Source of the DNA: Octopus vulgaris
Lineage: Eukaryota
NCBI GenBank assembly: GCA_951406725.2
Contig: OX597822.1
Span: forward strand, 84,568,001-84,632,000
DNA: 64,000 nucleotides
Direction of reading: 5' to 3'
Under the pieces are notes generated by a model. The model had not been told where the DNA came from. It worked only from the letters and a program-made list of their open reading frames with translations, and did not search any database. Positions 1 through 14,036 of this stretch are shown here, piece after piece. The stretch's first letter is position 1; each line of letters begins with the position of its first letter. Made by a program: the position numbers and the translations under genes.

Positions 1-934
1 ATTATACATACACACACACACATATATATATATACACACATATATATATATATATACACATACATATGTATATATTTATATACACTCATATGCTTACATG
101 CATATACGCACACCTGTATGTGTGTTTGCATATATAGTTATGCGTGTGTATGTGTATGTAAGCATGTATATGTGTGCTGATATTGCTAGGTACGTGGGTC
201 TGTATGTAGTCATTTGCAGAACCCTAAGTGCAGATGAAACATGTGGCATGCCAATCATTATGGAACAATGGATGTAAAACCGATTAAGAAATATGTATTT
301 TTAAAACATTGTTTAGCCTGTAAGGAGACTGGGTGAGGATAATCAATGACCTTTACAGGCCCACCCAGACTGGTGATGTCGGTACGCTTGATGTTCAACT
401 TGCACTTTTGAAGAGGGGTGCTCGATGAAGAACATCGGTAGAGACGCACTAACAACGACCCCTCTATGTAATCACCTCAAATGCTAGAAATAGCTGCTAA
501 ATCTCTTTAAAATACACTCTTCTGAATTTAAAAGGGAAGGTGAGAATGGACGGTGGACCATGTAATCTTTGGTTAGCCTTTTCTCGAGAGCAAGGCGAGA
601 TGGTCGTGACTAGAATGTCTTAATAACGTCTGCTCTATCAGGAATGATCTGGGGACGAAGCAAAAACAACAATGAAGCGGCAGAAATAAACCAGTACGAA
701 AGGTCCTATAACATCACTTAAAATGCTAGAAATGATAGCCAAATTTTTCTCAAATCATACACGCAGGGTCGTGTCCTGGAAATGACTTTAACCTGTCGAA
801 GGATTCGAAAGAATTTGATTTAGCATAACCACCAGTACAAACTTAATAATAGTTTATTTTTGAACTTAACATATGCATATACAAACGCTAAGCCTTCAAA
901 AAGCTAAATCAGAACATCATTATATATATATATA

Positions 935-1100
935 GTTGAAATTTATAGAAATTTATAGAAAAACAAAAGACGAAGACAGGTGTATTAGTTAGACGCTCGG
1001 GAAAATGAAAAAGGTTTTTACATTTCGAGCCTACGCTCTTCAACAGAAACGAATAAGAGAAAATAAACAGAGAGAATGAAAAAAACTTTTAGATTTAGCA
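935..1100 (-). mobile_element. Short PLE-like non-autonomous element with variant HHR-like motif (family also at 29235-29430 and 43390-43543)
   Basis: Shares AAAAGACGAAGAC...TTTCGAGCCTACGCTCTTC with two other copies; minus strand reads CTGTTGA-A-GAGC-GTAG-GCTC-GAAA; adjoins (TA)n. Confidence 0.65.
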
Positions 1101-1109
1101 TTCAATAAA

Positions 1110-1600
<491 letters not shown>

Positions 1601-1917
1601 GCAGAAGCAGAAAACACACTTAGGCATTCTATGTCACCAGAAGCCAACTTCTCACTGCAGAAATCTCTAATTCTGATGATGTGGATTCACTGGGGACTCA
1701 TTAACGACAGGGAATTTTGAGACACCGCGATATTTCGATCTTATTGTGTCTCCTCGTCTAAAGAGATAAGTTCTCAGATGACAAAAGCAACAGCGACTAG
1801 CATAATCACAGTCGAATCTGTCAGAACGTACTGAAAACGGATTCATTATAGCTTGGATTCTCACTGTTCTGCACACACCGCGTCAAATATTACCAGTTTG
1901 GCAGACATGAATGAATC

Positions 1918-2030
1918 GTGTGTGATATGAATATACATTATCTAAAGGGAGAAACTGGTCAGCGACGACGAAAAAGAAGCAGCGATAAGTACATTCATGT
2001 TCGAATCGGCCAGAACATCTTGAGAACGAA
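1918..2030 (+). pseudogene. Possible decayed GIY-YIG fragment
   Basis: C...YLKGETGQRRRKR resembles the YIGETG...R motif and lies downstream of the PLE linker. Confidence 0.35.
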
Positions 2031-2426
2031 TAAATTATTGTTTGGATCCTCATTGTTCTACATGCATCACATGAATTATATTAAGACTGTTAATGATTGT
2101 GACTCCAAGTATCAAGTACGACTGTATAACTGAAAATAGGATTTTGTTGTTAAACAGTTGAAGTATAGCCATCATCAGAGTATAATAGTTAACGACAATT
2201 ACATTACATAACATGCAGAACCTTTTTAAAGAAAAGGGTGTCAAATATGGGGAAGAATTGGCTGTTATTTCTAACAGATCAAGTGATAGGGTAGCGGCGA
2301 TCCTGATATCATGTTACCGTTTACTTAAAAAAAAAATTAATAGGGTGTAAATTAGAAGGAAGGTGAGTAATTTAAAACTTGCTAATTGTCGCCCATACTT
2401 AAATATACCGCTTTAAACTGATACCA

Positions 2427-2790
2427 TTGTATGTATGTATGTATGTATGTATGTATGTATGTATGTATGTATGTATGTATGTATGTATGTATGTATGTAT
2501 GTATGCATGTATGTATGTATGTATGTATGTATGTGCGTGTATGTATGTATGTATGTATGTATGTATGTATGTATGTATGTATGTATGTATGTATATATGT
2601 ATGTATGCATGTATGTATGTGTGTGTATGTATGTATGTATGTGTGTGTGTGTGTATGTATGTATGAATGTATGTATGTATGTACGCATGCATGCATGCAT
2701 GTATGTATATATGTATGCATGTATGTATGTATGTGTGTGTGTATGTATGTATGCATGTATGTATGTATGTGTGTGTATGCATGTATGAAT
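2427..2790. repeat. (TATG)n microsatellite, representative of many TA/CA/TATG/TATC/ATT tracts across the window
   Basis: Direct reading. Confidence 0.98.
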
Positions 2791-2946
2791 AAATTTATGT
2801 GTATATGATTATGTGAATGTATAAAAGCACACAGACACACAAACATTCACACGCACATCATATACTGTGCATATACGTATATATCTACTTATATATTTGC
2901 ATACTCATCTGGATAGCTACATTCATGCTCACGCATATCTGCCTTT

Positions 2947-3015
<69 letters not shown>

Positions 3016-3534
3016 GTTTCCTTGGTTAGGTGCGCAGTAAATGTGGTGCGAAGTTTTACGTTCTGCTCGCCTCCGGCTTAACATACCGTGTCAACATATG
3101 ATATCAACATACAACTAAGATGAGATTCCAGCTTTTTATCCACTCAGCAAACAAGATTTATCACTGACTTGACATATACACACACATACGAATAAACATA
3201 CACACATGCAATCATTCACACACACACAAACGCATACATACATACATACATACATACATACATACATACATACATACATACATACATACATACATGCATA
3301 CATACATACATACATACATACATACATACACACGCATACATACATACACACACATATACGCACTTACAAACGTACATACACACACACGCATGCATGCACA
3401 CATACATACATATATTTTGTTGTGTCTAGGGAGAGTCATTAGGCCAATATTCGCACACGCACTGGTTCAACACATGAATTCCTAAAAAGAATCTTGCAAA
3501 CCAGATACCGAAACTTATGTACATATATATATAT

Positions 3535-3580
<46 letters not shown>

Positions 3581-3642
3581 TTACACATATAGACATACAT
3601 ATATACATATATATATAATATATATATATAATATATATATAC

Positions 3643-3700
<58 letters not shown>

Positions 3701-3713
3701 TATACATGGATGT

Positions 3714-3762
<49 letters not shown>

Positions 3763-4464
3763 CAGTCCCACGGTGGCTTAGTTGTTCGAAACATCGAAGT
3801 CACTGTTACCAAGAGAGGAAGAGAGAAAGAGGGGCATATATATTGATAGATGATGAGAAGTGGAAGCCACATAACAATACAGAGTCAGACGTGATGCGGG
3901 AAGAAAAAGAGAAAGCTTGCGAACGTTCTCCGAGTTATCTCCCTTACATCACGTTTTTTTTCTCGTTTTATTCCATTTCTGCGCCCCGAAACAGCCTCTT
4001 TTCTTGGTTGCATCTAACCCCTTTCCTTAGAATTGCTGCGATTTACAAAGTTGTATGAATGAAGGAATGGTATGTGTCCTCTCCCTTAATGAAAGAACCA
4101 GCTGCGTATATTAGCTTTCGACGACGATAGGACTTACGGTAAAGGAAGTAAAATAAGAGTTGTATGAATCCATTGGCGGTTGTATTAATGGATGGCAGAC
4201 CTCGAAAATATGCCAGACCCGATGATGAAACTTTATTCAATTGATAATGTTAACAGGCTGGGATCTAGGTGTTATTTCATCGTCATTAGGCGTTCTTGGA
4301 AGGCATTGAAATTCAAATACTTTAAGACACAGGCGTATCAATGCTTCAAATCACACATGTTTTACATATCTATACACTCGCAGGCACTAATATATGGATG
4401 TATGTGTGTATATAAATTTATGTGCGTGTATGTTATATATATGTATACATGTATGCATATATAT

Positions 4465-4548
<84 letters not shown>

Positions 4549-5176
4549 GTGTGTATAGGCATTTTATATTTATGTATATACATATTGGTGTGTGTGTGTA
4601 TGTGTGTAATATTTACATACATCTTGCACTGCGGGACACTCCCTTAATCAGCTGTCGACTGCAAATCACAACAGTATCGACACTTTCCGACATTATCGCT
4701 TTCTTCGGCAGTATGCTACCATGATCTTACTCCGATGCAACCAATACCGTATCTAAGAGGGATGGAGCGGGGGAAAGAGATTGTCCGACCCGGACGACGC
4801 TTTTATGGAAGCGGCACTTTTGGGTTTTCTATACAAGCCTGTATAGGCCTATAGGTCACGTAGGGGGTGGTGGTGTGAAGGTGGGGGAGCGTGTATGTAT
4901 GTGTGGGGGACTAGGAACTGAATGGCTTCTCTGGACAGCACACACTCTAACTACACCACTTGATTCTAGCATAGAATGTCTGGAATCGCTTGGTCTACAC
5001 TTCTGCAGGATTTTCCTCTCTATTTTCTATGTGGCCACCCCACCGAGGGCAGCTGTAACCACACTAACTTTGCAGCAATTATGTTTTACAATCAGCTGAT
5101 TTGTTCCTTGCTCTCAGCTCCGGTCTTTCTCATACATGTCGGCATTAGCCTCTATCTGTCCCTTTTTTTCTTTTTT

Positions 5177-5211
<35 letters not shown>

Positions 5212-5355
5212 ATGTATGTATGTATGTATTTATGTATGTATTTATGTGTGTGTATGTATATTTGTTTGTCGGTATGTATGTACGTATGCATATGCGTGTA
5301 TATATATATGTATGTGTTCATATATATACATATATATATACATGTGTGTATATTG

Positions 5356-5401
<46 letters not shown>

Positions 5402-5965
5402 AGAGAGAGAGGTGGAGAGAGAGAGATGGAGAGAGAGATTTAAACAGGCTTCAAAAGTAATTAAAAGTAATATATGTATTAAATTTTCATGACATCCGGT
5501 TTAATTTAAAAAAAAAAGAACTGACAATGCGACCATATTTCTGCTACGTTTATGTTGAAGCATTATCCGTTTCACTCTCTAGGCCACGGTTCAATACTCT
5601 GCCAGGTTTTCTAATGTCCAACCAGGTAGAATGTCGTGGATCTAGCTACAGCCCTATGACTTGCCACATCTACTTGAAGTACGCTGATATTCTGTGGCCT
5701 CAGAGCATTCCTTCAGACCGAATGCCTAAAGCCCTTATTTGATATTTCATGTAAGATTTAAAGTAAAAAAAAAAAAAAATCATAATAAAATATATAAAAG
5801 TAAATCAAAATGAATTAAAAACAAGTCGGTTGGAAAAGATCAAAGCGTTTAACATTAAATGACATTAAGTCATTTTTATGACCTCTTTTGGCGATGCTAA
5901 ACATTTAGAACAAACGGACGAGCAAATCTTTCCAGCCTACTCGTCACACACACACACACACACAC

Positions 5966-6997
5966 AGCTTTAAATCCATTGTTCTTTCACCAAATGTGAG
6001 ACCTCCCACACCAGCTGCACTCATGCATCCCCAAAGCATAACACTTTCGCCGCCGTGTTTCACAGTAGGCACGGTGTATTTGTCGCTACTATCTTCACCT
6101 GGTCGTCGCCATACTCGTTTAATACCATCTCACCCAAACAAGTTGATTTTAGTCACGTCAGAAAAAAGAATTTTATTCCAAAACTCCTTCCCTTTACTCA
6201 CATAGGTTTCGACAAAAGAGGATGACGTGATTTATGTCTGGTAGTGAGGAGAAACTTCCTACGAGGAATGCGTCCATGAAGACCACACTGGTTCAAATTT
6301 CGGCGAACTGCTTGGGCGGATACACACTTTCCACCAACTGAAGACACTTCTTGGGTCAAAGATGAAGCGGTACGACGCTTGACGTCCATCACGCAACGTT
6401 GGACGTGGCGAATATCACGCGCAATTAAAACAGAAGGATGACCTGGAGGATGTTTATTGCTTAGCTGTTCAGCAGCTTTGTACTTCTGAATTACTTTGGC
6501 AACTGTGTTTACGCTAATATGTGTTCGTTTGCTAAACCATTCTTGTGCAAACTGAAAAGGATTTTCTTCAAATCTTCAGACAATTCTTTTCCTTTTGGTG
6601 CCATTTGAATCGCAATGAAGAAGATTTTCACCACGGTATACAAATCAGAATTCCTACAGATGCAACAACAATGACCGGTGCAAAAATACCAGGTGAAATA
6701 ATTCATTAGAATTGAAATTATCAGCAATATCCGAATCTAGCAAAAGGAAAAAGTGGATAAAATACTGAATATAGCAAATTTCCTTCAGGGTGTACATAAT
6801 TTTGTATCGTTTGAAAATTAATATTTCGTTCATATCTTTGAAAATATTTATTGTTTTGTGTTCCAAATTTGTATAATGTTTGCATGTATAATATATTTTA
6901 TTCAGTATAAATTTCGTTTGATTTTCTTTGATACTATCAGAGGAATGGCAATTTTACTGAAACTTTTTAGGGGTGTACATACTTCTCTGAGATACTG
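5966..6997 (-). mobile_element. Truncated, decayed Tc1-family DNA transposon
   Basis: Minus strand gives MAPKGKELSEDLKK..., VRRNLNQCGLHGRIPRRK and TKINLFG...PTVKHGGESVMLWGCM (Tc1 transposase motifs); terminus CAGT at 6997; internal repeat GGGTGTACATA at about 6788 and 6971; ends at (CA)n. Confidence 0.9.
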
Positions 6998-7023
6998 TGA
7001 GTGTGTGTGTGTATATATATATA

Positions 7024-7177
7024 TAAAAGTAATATGTGACAATTATTCGGTAGTCATGATAAAACTCGGAGTTTTATCATGACTACAGAATAATTGTCAC
7101 ATATTACTTTTAAAGATAAATTCCTCTATTTACATAATATCGAGGTCTCTTTCATTCTTTTGTTGTCTTACCATTTT

Positions 7178-7180
<3 letters not shown>
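7024..7180 (+). mobile_element. 89-bp hairpin (7024-7112) plus tail; fold-back copy of the family at 58330-58515
   Basis: Palindrome centred on 7068 with one mismatch; right arm and tail match 58411-58510; follows (TA)n. Confidence 0.8.
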
Positions 7181-7233
<53 letters not shown>

Positions 7234-7234
7234 G

Positions 7235-7480
7235 TAATGGACTCTCCCGTCGAAGATGACATGTGAGAGTTCAGCTTTTGCCGAACGACTTGCACAAATG
7301 ACTAGTTTATAGTGTTCAAATGTTCATGCTGTACATTAGTTCATTCTCCCCAGCAAATCGAACAGGTGCACTGTGTACTATGCGTCAGGTGTGGAAGCGA
7401 CGACAGGGCAACGTAAGATGATGTGTTTTGGTCAAGTCTACAACGCATCACCCGGTCTAGGAATTGAAATCACGATACAA
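7235..7480 (-). mobile_element. Decayed tRNA-derived SINE (family C-like)
   Basis: Similarity by eye to the head and core of 27330-27668 and 57340-57550. Confidence 0.45.
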
Positions 7481-8328
7481 GTATTAGAACCAAATTTTAT
7501 ATAAAGCCAATTTTACGGCCTCCTCCGAAACTTAATTTATACATTATGTCTTAAATGCTACAAATATGGTGAGAATTATATAGTCCCTACAAGTATGTTA
7601 CTTAAAACACAGATGAATGGTTACCAACAACCAATACGTGATGCTTACACCAGAAAAAAATTACTTAAGCGAACATTGAAATTTATGTAAAGCAATTCCC
7701 CCACTAAATTTAGATTAGTGCCATTTTCCCAGCATGTAGAAAATACAGCAATAAAGAAATAACGAAGCAACATTGTTATTGAGAAATATAGAACTAGTTA
7801 ATAAATCGATAGTTAATAATGGCACCTGTTCAGTATTTATGAAAATATATTTGTCCTCTGTTTAGGAGTACTTAAAGAAATAACGTTACCTTCCACTTTA
7901 CTTAGTGTATAACTTTAGGTTAGTGTTACAAATTTTTGCCGTATGGTATACTTTAGTTGAATAATGACAGCACTTACACATGAAAAGAAAAATTTTAATC
8001 CATAAACAAAAATAGCAAATATTTTAAATTAAAAATATCAATATCTCTGAAAATATATTCTTTCCAATCTTTATTAATATTTTAACGTGCATAGATTTTT
8101 CATCTCTTGTTACCAAGCGTTTAATTAGGAAGGAAACTTCTCATCGGTTCCCCATACTATGTTTTAGCTGTAGACTCACGCAATAATTATGTGCATCACA
8201 ATAATTATCAATTATTAGAAGTGAAACTTGAATGGAATAATGCATTTTGGTCTAATTTGGTTAATTACAATATGAAAGGAATTGTACATTTTCAAAATTA
8301 TTTTCCCTATACAATTAATATGTATACA

Positions 8329-8488
<160 letters not shown>

Positions 8489-8497
8489 AATATACAT

Positions 8498-8558
<61 letters not shown>

Positions 8559-8584
8559 CATACATACATATATACATACATAAT

Positions 8585-10031
8585 AACTTAGAATAACTTA
8601 GAAAGGTCTTGGCCAGTATTGGCCCAGGCCATGTCTAACTTAATAGCACCACCTGGCGAAGTCTTTCAATTCAGGATTTGGGCACCGAGGCCCATTCGAG
8701 CAGAGAGTTATTGTTTGCGGAGACATATCCGGGTGTGGGTGGTTTGTCCGGGACTGTTTGAAGGAATTTGTCCAAAGACTTCTTGAAATTTGTGTGGTCA
8801 GTTTCTGTTTTGACGTGTCCTAGTGTAATGTTGAAGAGAGCGGGTCCAATTGAGGTGAAATAATTGTGCCGTATTGTCGTTATGTGATGCGATTTAGATT
8901 TTTGTTGTGGACAGATGGCACGTGGTCCAAGCCTTGGATGTATTTTGAAGGTGATGCCAACATCATTCGGACAGTGCTGATGGAATATTTTCCACATCAT
9001 ACAGATAATGTAGCGTTCATGGCGTCGTTGGAGTGAATACAGTTTCAGCTTCTCTAGTCTACCCCAGTAGTCAAGGTCTGACATGCCATCTATCTTTTTT
9101 GTGATTGACCTTTGGGGAACTTCAATTCTCATAATATTTTGTTTTGTGTATGGAGATCACAGTGGACAGCAGTATTCAAGGTGGGGTCGGGCAAAAGTGG
9201 AGAAGAGAAGGATAATAGTGTGGGAATCTCTCGACTGGAAGGTTCTGAGAATCCAGGAGCACATTCTGCAGGCCATGTCAACTTTGCTGCTTATATGTGT
9301 AGCCCAGCTTATGTTGTTGTCCACTGTTACTCCCAAGTCTCTGATGTTGTTGGACGTCATGAGAATTTCTCCAGAAGGAAGGGAGTATGGGAGTTTCAGA
9401 GGTCCTCCCTTCCAAAGTGGATCAGTTCGAAATTGTCTTCGTTTAGCAACATGTTGTTCTTTTCCGCCCATTGGACAACAGCCAACAGTCTGACTGAAGG
9501 CTTATTCGGTCATCCACGCCATTGATGACCTTCTGGAGCTTGGAATCATCAGCGAAGGTTCTGATGTTACTGTGTTTGATGGTGTCAGTAATATCATTTA
9601 TGTAGATGATGAAGAGAAGTGGGACCAACACAGTGCCTTGTGGGACACCACTGCTGACTTTGGCTGGGCTGGATTTGACTCCTTCGACTACAACATGTTG
9701 GGTTCTGTTAGACAGGAAGCACTTGATCCACTGCAGCAGCTTTCCAGTGACACCAATATTGGACAGCTTTCTCAAAAGGATCTTATGATCAACCCTGTCA
9801 AAGGCCTTGTTGAAATCAAGGTAGATGACATCAGTGTTGGAACCCTTTCCCAAGGCTCTCAAAATGTTATCAAAATGTTGCAGTAGCTGCGTCAGGCAAT
9901 CTCTTCCATTACGGAATCCATGCTGGTTGGAGTTCAGCATATTATGACTCTCAAGGAAGTGAGTCATACGCGATCTCAGCACTCTCTCAAATACCTTAAT
10001 GATATGAGAGGTGAGTGAGATTGGACAATTA
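8585..10031 (-). mobile_element. 5'-truncated CR1/L2-group LINE (RT and C-terminus), frameshifted
   Basis: ORFs 9443-9982 (QHGFR, YLDFNKAFDRV, SGVPQGTVL, FADDSKL), 9157-9471 (RDLGV, RPHLEYC) and 8671-9132 (LYSLQRR, FKKSLD); flanked by TA-rich microsatellites. Confidence 0.93.
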
Positions 10032-10051
10032 ATATGTATATATATATATTA

Positions 10052-10117
<66 letters not shown>

Positions 10118-10118
10118 A

Positions 10119-10192
<74 letters not shown>

Positions 10193-10290
10193 GACACACA
10201 CATATATACATATATATATTTCTTAATCGTGAAATACAATATATATATATGCATATGTATATAAATATACATACATATATGTGTATGTAC

Positions 10291-10342
<52 letters not shown>

Positions 10343-10705
10343 GTATATATACATATATCAGTAACAGACTGATAGACGCTGTTATTTATATAAATGGGGA
10401 ACAGCTTTTCTTTCGGATGTTTTTCTTGGAAGAAATCATTTGCTCTAGTTTCCATTTTATCGGAAGGAATTTTCATATTTCCTTATTTAACATTTGAAAC
10501 AGGAATACTGACACACATGCGCAGGCATACATGCACAAACATATACATACGTACCCACCACATATATATGCATACATAATACATACATACATGCACATGT
10601 ACACACACTCACACACACACACATATATATATATATTCACACATACACACATATGTGTACATATACATGTAAATATTCTGTAAATATATCTATTTATCTC
10701 TCTGT

Positions 10706-10781
<76 letters not shown>

Positions 10782-10936
10782 TGTGTGTATGTGTGTATGC
10801 TTGTGTGTGCGCGCATGTTTGTGTGTGTGTATGTGTGTATGTCTATATGTGCATACATATACTACACACACACACACATATGTATATACACATGTATATT
10901 ATATACATATACTCCATATATTCATGTTCATATATG

Positions 10937-11036
<100 letters not shown>

Positions 11037-11699
11037 TATATGTATGTATACAGACAGACACATAGACACACGTATAGTTATTGTGAGACACATCGACCCT
11101 CTGGTGTACGTCTGTATGTTTGACGGGAAAACCTCGATGGATTAGGAAGACGCAATTTAGCAGAGTAAGTGAAGCATTCTCCATTTCGCCTAATTGGTGT
11201 AAAGGGGAAACACGAAGGAGATGAAATGTTTGCACAGTAAGGAGAGAATTCCACATGTCCACCATTAATGTATGTGTCTCATTAATTGGAACACACTTTA
11301 TCTCTCTAGGATTAGGAAACAAGTTTTTTTCCGTTGTGCTGAAATGTTTTCGCATTTCACGATTAGGACTTTTTGAAGCTGAAATACTGAAAAAGAATAA
11401 TTTTTCGCTTCATCTTTATTTCTGTCTTTCACTACAATTAAACTTTCTCGTTATTGCTGTTGGTGTTTAAACATCAGCTCCGTCTGGTTCTTGTAGTCTT
11501 ATAATTAAAGCTTCCTTGTAATGCATATTCTATTTTTTGTGTAAGTACATCATGGATTATATTGTTCAGTGATCTGTCTGTTATAATATGGTAGTGTCGA
11601 TTATTAGGTGGATTAGACTGCTTTATCTAGCTGTTTCAGCGACAACGTAGAGTTCCTTTTTTTTTAAACTGTTCTATGTTTAATTCTAAATTTGTAAAA

Positions 11700-11860
11700 C
11701 TATACATGTACAGTTATAATATGCACTTATGTATATGTAACGGAACAGTACACTTCGAAACGCGTTGTAGATAAAACAGGGGACAACTGATGAAGGGAAT
11801 GTTCTTTATGTTGCCTGTCTCGTTTCTCATTTTGTCTACGTTTTTTTATATCATGTACCC
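11700..11860 (+). mobile_element. Repeat with GAAAC...CTGATGA motif (related to 59740-60782)
   Basis: CTTCGAAACGCGTTGTAGATAAAACAGGGGACAACTGATGAAGGG resembles the reverse complement of 59932-59980. Confidence 0.5.
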
Positions 11861-11895
11861 ATATATGCTTTTAAAAAATATGTGTAGGTATGTAC

Positions 11896-11928
<33 letters not shown>

Positions 11929-12013
11929 TGTATGTATGTATGTATGTATGTATGTATGTATGTATGTATGTATGTATGTATGTATGCATATATATACATA
12001 TATCTATCTGTCC

Positions 12014-12111
<98 letters not shown>

Positions 12112-12114
12112 ATA

Positions 12115-12153
<39 letters not shown>

Positions 12154-12290
12154 ATATATATATATATATATAACCGAGATTCAATTGAATTAGTTACTTA
12201 AGTTGAAACACGAAGTCAGTCCAGTATTATCCGCACACCTCAAAGTAAGATGAATATAATCAAAATAAGCAACAGGATATCAAGTAGTGA

Positions 12291-12376
12291 TGCGGTACGA
12301 CCGTTTCAAGCGACTCCATTTAATTGAACAATGCAATCATTATATCAATTTAAATGCAATGTCATCTTCAGCTGCA
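12291..12376 (-). ncRNA. Hammerhead ribozyme motif, mirror copy
   Basis: Minus strand TGCAG-CTGAAGA-...-GAAAC-GGTC-GTA-CCGCA. Confidence 0.7.
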
Positions 12377-12835
12377 CAAATAAATAAATAAATAGAATTT
12401 TAGAAGTAAGACATATTAATATAATTTTTCTCAAATATTTTAAAAGAGTAAGAAGATGGAAGACATTCATGTTGTTGCTATTGTAGCTAAGAATAGACTA
12501 CACTTCCAAGAATTGCATGAAGTCTATTGGGGTCATAGTGTTGTAAGGGATTGTAATTCATTTCTAATTCATTTATCTCCTTCTCAACTACTAAATCTAA
12601 GACTAGAAGACTGCCTATTTTGAATAGAGGACAAGAGTGAGATAAATGAATTAGAAATGAATTACAATCCCTTACAACACTATGACCCCAATAGACTTCA
12701 TGCAATTCTTGGAAGTGTAGTCTATTCATAGCTACAATAGCGGCAACATGAATTTCTTTCATCTTCTTGCTCTGTTAAAATATTAGAGAAAAATTATATT
12801 AATGTGTCCTACTTGTTAAAAATTCTATTTATTTG

Positions 12836-12921
12836 TGCAGCTGAAGATGGCACTGCATTTAGATTGATGTAATGATTGCATTGTCCAATTCAATGGAGCC
12901 GCTTGAAACGATCGTACTGCA
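12836..12921 (+). ncRNA. Minimal type I hammerhead ribozyme motif
   Basis: TGCAG-CTGAAGA-[long stem II]-GAAAC-GATC-GTA-CTGCA; stem I pairs and stem III is palindromic. Confidence 0.8.
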
Positions 12922-12962
12922 TCACTACTTGATATCATGTTGCTTATTTTGATATATATATA

Positions 12963-13089
12963 AATACGTCACTAAAGTGAACTAGGGCTCTAACCAGCAC
13001 CAGAATTGCTAGAAATAAGAGCAAAAATATCTCAATAGCCAGCAATATTGGTGCTGATTAGTGCCCTTGTTTACTTTAGAGACGCATAT
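12963..13089. mobile_element. Small hairpin element with about 47-bp imperfect inverted arms
   Basis: CGTCACTAAAGTGAACTAGGGCTCTAACCAGCACCAGAATTGCT vs AGCAATATTGGTGCTGATTAGTGCCCTTGTTTACTTTAGAGACG. Confidence 0.7.
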
Positions 13090-13132
13090 ATTTTTGCGTT
13101 TAAGTTGTAAAATTGCGAATTAACCACCCATA

Positions 13133-13252
<120 letters not shown>

Positions 13253-13354
13253 ATATATATATATAAAGAAGAATACAAATGGGGCTTAACATTTACTACT
13301 GCTGTTTCAGGAGAATTTTATTGATGAATGTATAGATTACAATACAACATAAAT

Positions 13355-13420
13355 CTTATAAACATGTAAGGTAAAACTTATAAACATATAAGTTAAACTT
13401 ATAAACATGTAAGGTAAAAT
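13355..13420. repeat. Minisatellite, about 22-bp unit x3
   Basis: CTTATAAACATGTAAGGTAAAA repeated with small variation. Confidence 0.85.
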
Positions 13421-13697
13421 CTTGATGACTAAATTCAGCCACCAGCATGACGAATAAATGATACTTAAAACATTCCCACTTGTTCATAAGTGATATTTCT
13501 ATTCACCCTTTATCTTCTCGTTCCATTTTTTGCATGAACCTTCTCGTTTTTATCGTGGTTTCTCATGTACCAGCGTCCTGGTTTTTCAAACAGAACACAC
13601 CATGTGCTCAGAGCCCAAAGATTGCTTGAAGACGTGTCTTAATGGCATGAACCGTTTGAAAGCTATTATTTTTATACAGTGTACATTAAATGATGTG

Positions 13698-13800
13698 GAA
13701 GACACTTGCCCTTTCCCAAGGTGCCATGCAATGGGACTAAACAAGAAACCACATGGTTGGAAAACAAGGTTCTTAACTCCACAGTGTTATGCCTGCGCCT
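13698..13800 (-). mobile_element. SINE family B head fragment
   Basis: GAAGACACTTGCCC...CAAGGTGCCATGCAATGGGACT matches 28670-28760. Confidence 0.7.
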
Positions 13801-14036
13801 GTGTATGCGCGCGCACGCATATGTGTGGGTGACCAGCAAATAAGTTTACATAGGAGCGGTCAATAATCATACATTTGGAAAATGGACAGATCAGTATCTC
13901 CTAATAACTTTTAGCTTTATATCTCGTTTCTCTCATACATTAGACGGCGTGGTCATGGCCGGAAACAGTTGATCAAAGTTTGGCTCAGTCACTAAATTAA
14001 TGATACATATTATTATATTTGTGCATTAGCACGTGT

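Larger units (their letters stand above)
12175..12953. mobile_element. PLE-derived fold-back element: about 320-bp inverted arms (12259-12579 / 12639-12953), left tail extension, flanked by (TA)n
   Basis: Arms are reverse complements; spacer encodes RRLPILNRGQE* (P-x-LN end of a GIY-YIG domain); HHR in each arm. Confidence 0.85.

Noticed and set aside
13355-13420. CRISPR-like repeat array
   Set aside because: Contiguous minisatellite without spacers in eukaryotic DNA; no cas genes
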